Below, piece by piece: positions 53,932 to 64,000 of a stretch of DNA of 64,000 nt. The stretch spans positions 7,192,001-7,256,000 of the forward strand of contig JAYWIR010000002.1 in NCBI GenBank assembly GCA_036172245.1, given 5' to 3'. A program made the translations under genes and the position numbers. Numbering within the stretch: the stretch's first letter is position 1; every line of letters begins with the position of its first letter. The DNA comes from Raillietiella orientalis (Eukaryota). Under the pieces are notes generated by a model that saw nothing but the letters and a program-made list of their open reading frames with translations, ran no database searches and was not told where the DNA came from.

Positions 53932-54227
53932 TTTTTTTTAGTGTAACACAACACTTCATCCCTTCAAGATGAGAATCCTCAGCAGGCGCATGTCACTGTT
54001 GATGGTGTGTGTTCTCCCAACTCGAATTACAGTGTTCCTGTTATCCTATTCCAACTCTAGATGGAATGAGGGTGTGTGTGATACGTTGGGGCGGCTAATA
54101 TAATTCGGGAGGGGAGGGCAGATTGGCAGTGGAGTCTGGATGGTGGGCAGATTCCGTTTGCCCCGTAGGAAGCGGTTCGCCTCGCGAACGTAACCAGGGG
54201 ATTCCCTCCTCCCCTCCTTCAAAAAAA

Positions 54228-54259
<32 letters not shown>

Positions 54260-54679
54260 ACAAGCAGCCCTCTGAGCACGATGGTACGAAATTTCTCCGT
54301 TTTCAGTGAAACCGATTCGTCTTGAGGGCTAAATTTCGGTTATATCCCTTCCAATACACTAGCACTGACACGCGACTCAACTCACGCCCAACTCCAGAAG
54401 CTCCAGCCTCCATCGTGCTGAAATGACTCATGACAAACACTCACTCATAAAGTCCACTATAGAATATTTGTTCTCTATTACATGATAAATAACCCTCCCC
54501 TCCCGAATTATATTAGCCGCCCCAACGTATCACACACACCCTCATTCCATCTAGAGTTGGAATAGGATAACAGGAACACTGTAATTCGAGTTGGGAGAAC
54601 ACACACTATCAACAGTGACATGCGCCTGCTGAGGATTCTCATCTTGAAGGGATGAAGTGTTGTGTTACACTAAAAAAAA
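53932..54679. repeat. 187-bp near-perfect inverted repeat (arms 53932-54118 and 54493-54679) around a 374-bp spacer containing a (CA)n tract
   Basis: Base-by-base comparison found one mismatch (GATGGTGTGT versus reverse-complemented GATAGTGTGT). Confidence 0.95.
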
Positions 54680-55845
54680 TATATAACCCTTTTTTTCTTA
54701 ATAAGCGGGAGTTATTTGTACTGTACATACTAAAACAGTGTAATTATAAATATAAAAAAAGGAAGAGTCCACGAAATGTGAACACCACAAAGGAAGTTCA
54801 GAGGAGAGGTGATGGATGTGAGCGAGAGAGAGTGTGAGGAGTGATGAGATTTGTGGTGATGAGAGTGAGTGAGGCAGATGACATGGTTACGATGTACAAT
54901 GGATCCATGTATAACGCAGGTTCGTATAAAACGACGGAAAAATGAGACAGCCCTCTCATGAGGCTGTAAATCAGCTCCGTACGGCCCTGCGAATGAATTT
55001 CAATTCCTTTTTTTACAATGTCAGCTGTTTGTTTGTTTGTGTTTTTTTTAAGAAAGAAAAAAAAGAATACGAACACGTGATGCAAAAAGGTTGAATTTTG
55101 TTCCTTTGAACCTTCGAGGAATGAAAAAGCTCAGGAAGACCGCATTCTTTCCAACGAGATCTACGGGTCTGAAACCACTCGAGTGGATCCAACATCAACC
55201 AAACTGGAAAGCTTTCTTTTTTTCATTCCTACTCAAGTAAAAGATGCTTTAATTAATTTTTCTTCCCTTCTCTCATGGAAATTTAAGATGTGTTTTTATA
55301 CAGCTATATTTTTTTATGAACATGCGATATTATCCTTGAGTAACTCGCAGGACTCTCGTATAGCACGGATTCGTATCACACGGAACCCACCTTCCGAGTT
55401 ATAGGAGGCCTACGCCACCGATGGAAGCTTTCAGCAGACTTGAATCTCCAAAGCGAGGAATCCTCGATGACCATTTTGCTATGGTCTGCGTCTCTTGCCG
55501 CTCCTCAGCCTTGACCGTACCACCTTTCAACTATCCCGTTCCTCTCGCACGCGTCGTCGTAGCTGACGAGACGCAAAAGAGGCGAAGAAATGTGGCAGGA
55601 AACCTTTTCAAAGGACGCTCTGCCGAAATGAGCAGCAGAGCTCTGCAGCCGGGCGGTGACGACCCTCCTTCAAAGCGCATCTCTTCCGGAGGAGGGTCCT
55701 CAATACGAGCTCGCGAAGACAGTCGGATTCCTGGACACGCAGTCCGCCACGCCGAGGGGCGACGGTCTCAAGGACAAGCCTCCCGGGTCCCCGGCCTCCT
55801 CCGCTCATGCCACACCAGTTCACACCCGGCCCGTGTCGCCGGCTG

Positions 55846-56460
55846 TGTGGCTGTGGTCTCTCTCTCCACGCGTGGCGCCCGGCGTCGTGGGTTCGAATCC
55901 CCCGCCGGGGGGAAGGGCTCGACGCCGAGAACGTCGGGTGCGTCGTGGGTTTCCGATCCCCCCCTTTCCTCCTTCAGGATGGCGCTGGTTGGCCCACGGG
56001 CTTAGGGTGCGGCGGCACTGGTGCAAGCCGGATGTCCTCTTTGACTAGCCTCCGGGAACAGAAGTTGACCCGCCGGGGTCCCTCCAGGACATCGAGGAGT
56101 CATCTCCCTTCTGGGTTCCGCACCCCCCGGCTGGAAAGATGGAGCCGTTACCATGAAGCTGGTTGGTACTCCCCTCGAGGGGTCACCTCTACAGAGTGTG
56201 AAGAAGCGCACTGATCCCTTTGGGGAGCGCCCGTCAGAGAAAATAGGGAGCGGTCCTTCGGGATTACCCTCCGGAGAAGAAATGGGGGAATGATCCCCGC
56301 TCCGTGGGGTCCCTCGGAGGAGAATCAAGAAGAGGCGGTTCCCTTCGGGGTTCCCTCTCTCCCAAGCGTGAGGGAGGAACGGACTCCTTCCGGAGCCCTT
56401 CCTGGATTCATAGGATGGTGGTCCCCTATCTTGAAGAGTGGAGCACTCCGGGTGATGGGA
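55846..56460 (+). mobile_element. SINE-like repeat, copy G
   Basis: GGTTCGAATCC at 55890-55900, GACGCCGAGAA, ATGGAGCCGTTACCATG, CAGAGTGTGAAGAAG, GGAGCCCTTCCTGGATTCATAGG. Confidence 0.7.
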
Positions 56461-59400
56461 TTTATGTATTTCCGGTCACATCAATGGCTGACGGAGCGTG
56501 CGCGGCGCGGAGGGCGCACTTTCAAAGCAGCGTCAGAGCCGTCGCCATCGGTTGGCAGGAGGCTGCCCTCCCTGCGTCTTCCGCGCGCATGGCGTTCACT
56601 GGGTGCGACCCTCAGGGCGCTCTCTCGCTTTCACCGTGCAGGCGGACGTCTCCTGGACAGGGGGACCAGGTAAGCGTGAACTCTGGACCCGTTTCCGCGT
56701 AGGTGCCACTCCGAAGGAAACAAACATCCGGGATCTCTCCGGCCCCGGAGGGCGAGGAGGCACGCGCTCGCTCGCGGAGTGGGTGGGCGTGAGCGAGTCC
56801 GTGAACCGACGTGTGGAGTGGAGGAGGCCTCACGCTTCCCCCCCCCCCCCCCCGCCGGAGATCTCAAAGTCCCAGACTCGGGAACCGTTGGAGACCTCTG
56901 TCGACTAACCGAGCGTCCCCGCCGGCTTACCAACAGACCTGCCGCTCGCGCGTCAGGACATCCCCCAGGGCGTTTTCCAGAGTCACGACCGGGGTCCACC
57001 ATCTCTTGCAGGTCACGATCCCTCCGTCTGAGATGAGCACTTCGAGGTCTTCCTCCCCGGTGCGACTCGACCTCTCCTGCCTCGTCCCCTCGCGAAAGGT
57101 CTAGAGGAGACGGAGGACGGGAGGGGCTGGTCGGAAGGATGGGGGCTGCCTCGGAAGCAAACCCCAAGAGTAGCAGACCCTGCGAACTTTCGCTCTCGCC
57201 TCGACGTCGTCGAGTCAAAAGTGGCTCAGGAACGCTCTCTCCGAGATCGGCTCCAAGTTTGCCACCCGAGCCTTGCGCGCGCGTCTCCGTGGATTGCCCA
57301 AGGACACGCTGATTTGGCGCGAGCGGAACGGCTCCGCCCCGGCTCGGGAGCATCCCCAGGGAGTCTTCCCGCCTCATCAACCGGTGCGCGCGCGCCGCTG
57401 ACGCAGCGCCACGAGGAATTTCCAGACACTGGCCGTGCGGAGTCCCCTCGACTGGCCGCCTCCTCCTCCATTGGCATTGAAGCGCCGGGTCGACTACGCA
57501 AGGTTACCTTGGAAACCGCCGCCGCGTCGATCCTCCCGTCCCCCACTTGGGAACTTGCAGCGTCATCCTCCTTTCCGAAACAGCGCGAGGAGTCGTGAGC
57601 GACCGAGGGCCAACCGACTCTGCTGCCGGTCGTCGCTTTCCTTCGTCTTCCTCTTCTTGAGCGAGCACGGAAAGAGGACTCGAGGAACGAAGCGAAAGTC
57701 GCAGAACCGGCGAAGGCTGCAAGAGGGTGGCAGAGGCTCCGCTTACCCCTGGGGCAACGCTAGCCGGTCCAGGAGCTTCGCCTCGAAGCGGTCTCAGAAC
57801 TGAAGCAAAAAGAGACGGAGGGGTCTGCAGAGCGCTTGTAAGGACTGTTGCCAGAGTGACGGGGTGGGGAGGAAGAGACGTGCGCGGTGATGACCAGTGA
57901 GTGACGCAACGGCTGCAGAGGAGGGAGATCTGGAAACTGCCCAGCGTGAGCGTCAGTAGCGGCGTTGCGTCATGCCCTCGTCGAGAGGATGACTTTCGAG
58001 TTGCCGGAAACGTCACGAACCGACGCGGCTCAGCATCCGATTGGGCAACCGCCGCGGCGGCGAGGAAAGGGAGGGAAAGAGAGAAGGGGAGGAGTATAGG
58101 AGGAGGAACAGCAGCAGCAGAAGGGAGTTCGTCTTGTTAGCAGTCATCCGCCCCGGGACTCCGAAACGCTCGTGCGTGCAGATGCTACGCGTTCGCCGAA
58201 GGAGGCTCAGCGCTTCTTCGGATGCCGCCAGACAAAGGCTCAGCCGAGCAGGTCAGCAGCGTGGGTTCGGGTGGCCCGAGGCTGCGATCCGAGGAGCATT
58301 TACCCCTCTAGCTCCAGGAGCTGCTTTGATGCCAGCCGATCCCCCCGAAATAGTGCAAGGAGGAGGTGGGGAGAGAACCACAGCATCCAGCACCTCCCAT
58401 TCTTCTTGTTCCTTTTCTTTCCCCCTTGGCAGCACCGGGAGTTCGAGAGCGGGAAAATTCCCAAACGGATGCATCTCTTGGAGCATCCTTCGCCCGAAGA
58501 AAAGGGTAAACGGACGACGAGGCTGGACGCCCCGGGAGGACATCCCGCTCAAGGTACCCACCCTGCAGCAGCTCTGTGTCGCAACGGAGGAGAGTGGATT
58601 CCTAGCTACGGCGAGGCGAAAGGAGGAGGGGAACAAGCGGGCAGAGGGAACAGGACCACAGACGACCCTTTCGGGAGAGTGACTCCGACAGGAGGTTCGT
58701 GAAAGCGCAAGGAGGGCTTCCGGAAAAACGTCCGCCTCCTCCTTCCGGAGCAGCAGGGCTCATTCCCTTCCGGACAGATCCGGGGGGCTACGCGTCGGAG
58801 AGCTCTCCTCCCGACCCCGGGACGCAGCTGACCTCTGATGGATGGGGGCTTCGGAGACCGCGCCTGGCAAGAGTTTCCTCCCTTTTCCCTCGTTGGGGAC
58901 GCAGTGACCTCCCGGCGGCGACAGCTGCTCGGGGCGAGATTTCTCCCGGCATCCCGTCGCCGAGGACGGCGGGGGAATATGACCCGGGAGACGGGAAGGG
59001 GTTCCTCGTGCGCAGCCTCTCCGTCTCTTCTCCGTGTGCATCTTCCCCCTCGATCCCAGAGCTTTTCTTCGCCCTTCTTCCCCGCTGCTCTCCCTCGCAG
59101 CACCGCGGGAAGACTCTCAGGAAGGAAGACCATCTTCCTTCTTCCTCTTGCCCTCTGCCTCTTCACCGCCGCCGGTGAAGATCCTCGCCAAGCCACCGGC
59201 GGCATAGGTAGGGAGGAAGGAAAAATTCTTTCCTGGGAAGCCAACCGAGAGGATCTGGGATGAAAAGAAAGGCGGGGAAGGGAGAGGGATGAGGGTATGG
59301 GGCCGAGTGGAGGGAGCGGAAGACTCCATCCGCCAGCCACCAGATGAGACGACTCCTGTCCAGGTCACCACCGGCCGGGGCTCTGGTTAGGAGGCTGGGG

Positions 59401-60777
59401 GGGAAGCGCCCACGCAGAAACGCAGGAGCTCTCCCTGGCAATTACCTTCCGTCCATCTTCACGGCAGGGTTCCTCGCACCGGACGGGAGTCCGAGGCACC
59501 GATCGGGAAGAGCCATCTAGAGTCTCGGGATCTAAGCCGCGGTCCACGCACCGGAGGGATGAACGCACCACCGGTCACGCCGACTGTGGAGCTACAGGGA
59601 GTGGGACCTTGGTGGCGGCCGCTCCTCGGGCGGCAGTTGTCCTCCTGGGTCCGCCCTCGAGGGCGCTTCCCGTCCTGGCGACGGAGCACCCTGTTCCGTT
59701 GCCTGGGAGCCGGACAGATCTCTCGAGGCTGTCGGGGACGCTCCGCTGCACCTGCGCGTCCTCCCGCTCCCCAGCAGGTCCCACCCCCGCGACCTTTCCT
59801 AGCAAAGGATCTTAGGATGGGGCCCGACGCTCCCGGCGGCGACCCCCGCAAGTCCAGCAGCAGCCGCGCTCGCGGCTGGAGCTGGGAAGGACCAGCTGGG
59901 AGAGCGAGAGAGAGCGGATGACGTCAGAGAAGCAAGTGGAGTCCGCAAAGCTTTGAGAGCCCTCCCCCACCGAGGAGAAGGGCCCGGGAGCCTGCGGAGG
60001 TCCCGTGCGAGCAGTAACCAGGCAGAGGATCGTTCTCCATCTCCCGGGCCACGGACCGTGGCTGTGCTAGCGGCTTGCTGCGCCGGGGGCGAGTGGCCTT
60101 CGCCGGCCGAGAAGACGTGCTGGGATGCCAGGGGTGCCCGTTCTCTGCTCCGGGAGGAGCCACTGCCACCTGCTCTGCCTGAGGGCCGTCTTCCCTGCTT
60201 CCTACCCCCCCTACCCAAGTACCTCGAAAGGGGTTGTGGACCCACGTCGGCTGCGACGAGCTGGCAAAAGAGGTGGAGCCGCCCATTCGCCGCTAGCTGA
60301 TGAATCGCCTCAGAGTTCCCTTCCTAGCAGCGATTGAGGCGTCCCACTCCTGGAAGGAACAGGAAAGGGGTAGCAGGGGTGTAAGGGGAAAAAAAACTAA
60401 AAGAAACCGCCTTCCCTCGAGGGGTTCGCGAAGCAGCAAGATCCCGGAGAAGGACGACTGCGCACGCACGCGACTTCGTGTTGAGGAACACACCCGCCCA
60501 CTATCCCGGAGTGCAGAGCAGGAGGATGGGACGAAATGGGCGTCTCGGAGCGATTCCAGCGATGACCTGACGGCCGGCACGCAGCCCGAAGTTCAGAGCG
60601 AAGAAGGAGGAAACCGTTCGCCCCGGGACATTCCTGCATCGACAGGCTGACAGTGGTGGTTCCAATGAGGGTGGAGCGTGAAGAGGCAAAATGTGGCAAC
60701 TGCATCAGACGCCTGCTGTCCGAACGACCACGGAAGCAGGCTTACACAACCATGGCAGTGGCGGGTTCGAAAAGTTA

Positions 60778-60895
60778 CTCCGTTGCCTGGGCGCCGGACG
60801 GATCTCTTGAGGCTTCCGGGGGATGCTCCGTTGACTGGGCGCTCGACAGTTCTCTTGACACTACCTGGGATGCTTCGTCGCCTGGGCGCTGGGCG
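60778..60895. repeat. Degenerate 47-48 bp tandem repeat (~2.5 units) with a related unit at ~59695-59750
   Basis: Units start CTCCGTTGCCTGGGCGC (60778), CTCCGTTGACTGGGCGC (60826) and CTTCGTCGCCTGGGCGC (60873). Confidence 0.7.
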
Positions 60896-63800
60896 TCTGA
60901 GACAACGGTGCTCCACCGGAAGACGGCGGACGCCTTCGCAGGAGCAGCAGCAAAGCGGTTGCCTCCGGCTGGAAATCGCAACCACCGCGTTTGGGATTCT
61001 TCTGTCTCGGAAACGGTCCTTCGGCCGATTGCGACGGGAAAGGAGAAGGATGGAGGAGGAGCAGGGACTGGAGCAGGGTTCCGTCCAGCAGAGCCTCGAG
61101 AAAAAGAAGCAAACAGAGGAGGAAGCGACCCGGAATCGATAGATCCAAAGATGTCGGAGAGGAAAGAGGGCAAACGCGTGCATAAAGATGCATAAAGATG
61201 CACAGCATTCGCTTCCATCACGGGTTCTCCGTGCACCATTGTGGGATCCCTGAACCAAAAACAAGGGTGGGAGGGAAGTCTCGGATGCGATGTAACAGAT
61301 CGCCTCCAGGTTTCCACAAAGCACTACGGGATCTCAAAGCGTTCGAGCCCGGGGCACGACGAGATAGAAAGGGAGGCAGCGGCTGGACAGAGTCGCCAGG
61401 CTACGCGCCTCCGGAGCTGACGAAAAACCTCTCGCTGGAGTGCGGATCAACCGTGGCTCTGTTCCCCTCCTGGTTTTGCCACTTCTTCCCCTTCCTCTCC
61501 CCATCCCCACCTGCAAACCCGTTCCCTCTCCGTGCACCTCTCCGTGTCAGGAAATTGGTCCCGAATTGAAGATGGCATGGGTTTCACCATCGCGCGTCGG
61601 GATTGTTCCTCCTCGTTTCTTTCACTAACTCGGCTCCAGCTCGCTTCTCTTAATGAGGAGAAAATGCGACTGTGTAATCTGAGCGGCAACTCCTTCTGTC
61701 CTTTCACGAACTGGCAATCGATTGCAGCCGGACTTGCCCATTCTTCGCCTTCTTCTTTCATCCTTTCCGTTTCTTTCTTTCTTCCCCCCCCCCCTTCCTC
61801 CTTCCTTCCCTCCCAGAGGAACGGTTCTTCTTGCATCACATCCTCAGTTGGAAGAGACGTGGTACAGAATCACCGGGCCATTTCCATGTCAGTGCAGTCT
61901 TCATCTGCAGCAAGAAGCAAATTGCCCTGTGTCGGCTCAAGTGAAAGGAGCTGCGAAGGAGAGGAAGGCATTTCAAACATTCCGGCATTTTCCGCATCGG
62001 TCATCACGTCTATTTTTGATACACCTTAACGAATTCGAATGGTCTTCGGTCTTCGGTGGGAATCCCCCTCCCTCCCGCTCGAATCGGTCGGGGAACCTCG
62101 AACTCGCGCTCCGTGCGCTCGAGACCGCATCTCGGACCGCTTGGTAGCAGCAGCACGAGCGCTCAGGTCTTGAGAACTCCCCCCCTCCCCCTCCATGTCG
62201 GTGCAATGAGGTTCCTCCCTCTCGGCGCACAACTCGTCAAAGGCCCTTCGTTCCTTCCACCGCATTCTGAGACCCGACCCGGTTTCCGTCCGGAGACCTC
62301 CAGGTGATGCGCGAGGACGCGCCCACGGACATGTCCGACAAGGAGAAGGAAGAAGAGGGAAATTCTCACTCGGTGACACCGGGGCGTTCCTTTTATAAAA
62401 AGGAAAAAAAAATAAACAAGAAGGTCAGGAAGAAGGCGGTCCCCGAAACCAAAACAAAAGACAACAAGACCATCGGAGGGTCCACCAACAAGCAGGTCTG
62501 TATCTCGAAAAGTCCTTTAACGGGAAGAGGAAGGGGACAAGGAACAAAGAAAGGAGGAAAGGGGAGGGTGAGGGGACCAGGGTCTTTGCTTCGTCTCGTT
62601 CCTCCTCGGAATACAGGGAAGAGTTCGGAACGAAAGGAAAGACGAGGACAGGGGTCACCGGTGTTCCTTCCTTCTGAAACCGACGCTCGATCCCCTTCCT
62701 AACTTTTCCTCCCAGGTGAGACAACCTGGCAGTCGTCCTCACTTAGGCGTAGGCGGCCCGCACGCAGGCGACCTCCCCTCGCCGCGCCCGAAGCTCCAAC
62801 ATGGCGGGCTGCGACGACGCAGCACGTCGTCGCAACCACAGCGGCGCGACTCCGCCTCTCGCGAAGAGTCGCCGCAGCAAGTCCTCAGCAGCGTCCTCCG
62901 CCGCGCGCAGGAGTGCGGGCTCCATCCTCCGCCAAAGTTCCTGGAGGGCGCCGCAGTCCAGCAGCAGATGTGGGAACGATTCGATCGCCCCGCGCCGCAA
63001 ACAGTTGGGGGGATGCCATCCTCCCCTTCTCCCCAGGAACCAGGCTCCTAAGCTGGTCGCACCGGAGACCCCAGTGCAGCAACAGAAGCACGTCCGATGG
63101 TTGCCGCTCCAAGGGGAACACGGAAGAGCTCACGCACAGGGGGAGAAGGGCAGCGAGTTCTTCGGGAGGGGGTGCACTCGACAGCTCGCTCCAGAGAAGC
63201 GGTTCCTTCGCCCGGCCGGGCGGAGTGACGGCTCCCACCAGCTCGCTCGGCTGCCCGGCCTCCCAGGAGTTTAATTCTTTCTGCAATGATGCGGGAGAGA
63301 TCTCCCCCCGCCGGCAAGCAACTGTCTCTGCTTGCCCTCAGGGCAGACAGCGCTGCGGCGGCAAGGGTGTGGCCAGACAGGCAGACTTCGAATCCCGCAA
63401 AACACCCCCCCTTGGAAGGATTGTGGAAAGAACGCAATGGACGAATCACTCGCGGGAAAGGTGCAAATTTGGAAGTCCAGGAGACGGATGTTTCTGCGGT
63501 CACTCTCTCGAGATTATTGGGTGACAGGAACTCCAAGAATGGGAATTCCGGAATGGAGGCAAGTTGCCGGAACGGGAAGCCAACCCCCCTCACCCTGCAT
63601 CGACAGCGCAGTAGCAGCAATAAGAGTACCGACGCAACGCCGAAGGGTGAGGTGCTCAGGAGCACACCATGGGGAGGTCCACGATTTGGCACAGAGTGAC
63701 AGTGTTCCGAACTGCACTAGCAGCCCGATTTTCTGCAGCATCAGGATGCCCAGCCAGTATCCTGACACGGCATCACCAAGTGCCTCAGTCGGATCCGGGA

Positions 63801-64000
63801 CCTTGCAGAGCCCAACGGGACTTCTCTCAGGAAGCGCTGCTCCCGGATCTTCACCGAGTAAGGGGAAGGGCAAAGGAAAAACAAAGGGTGGAATAAGGGG
63901 GGTAAGAAAGGTGAAGAGGAAGAGAACGGGCGGCTGTCGAGCGCCCCAGGGAAGCACCTCCGAGTGCGGTCTCAGCGGGGAGAGTGCCCTAGGAGTGCGC

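Noticed and set aside
55846..55915. tRNA gene at GGTTCGAATCC sites (also 4002, 34602, 49340)
   Set aside because: No complete cloverleaf or acceptor stem; each runs into the shared SINE body.
58551..58580. KVPTLQQLC, resembling a BC-box/SOCS-box
   Set aside because: Short motif in an otherwise unrecognisable GC-rich ORF with no supporting exon structure.
63180..63620. Possible LINE ORF1 zinc-knuckle remnants on the minus strand
   Set aside because: Cys/His spacing is not intact in any frame.
1..64000. CRISPR array, rRNA, prokaryotic operon or intact endogenous virus
   Set aside because: No regularly spaced repeat-spacer array, rRNA signature, or long ORF with recognisable polymerase or capsid motifs; spliceosomal introns indicate nuclear eukaryotic DNA.

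Overview
Eukaryotic genomic DNA, metazoan and probably arthropod judging from the EMC3 protein; there is no sign of a prokaryotic operon, CRISPR array or intact virus. One complete housekeeping gene is present: EMC3/TMEM111 (minus strand, 5 exons, 25404-28311, 246 aa), lying in an AT-rich block with a CpG-depleted gene body. A second spliced gene, not visible as a unit in the ORF track, can be assembled from four phase-compatible plus-strand exons (1851-13759) plus a candidate terminal exon near 19285; its product loosely resembles the Mieap/SPATA18 C-terminal domain. The rest is mostly GC/CpG-rich decayed repeat DNA: about 8 copies of a ~700-bp tRNA-headed SINE-like family, three AT-rich TIR (MITE-like) elements, one carrying a nested KRBA2/SCAND3 (Ginger-type) integrase transposon remnant, and faint LINE, hAT and Tc1 traces. 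Also notable are a near-perfect 187-bp inverted repeat, a duplicated MGNILS myristoylation-type leader and a degenerate hammerhead ribozyme core. Most listed ORFs look spurious. Repeat boundaries and protein family calls were made by eye, with no database search.
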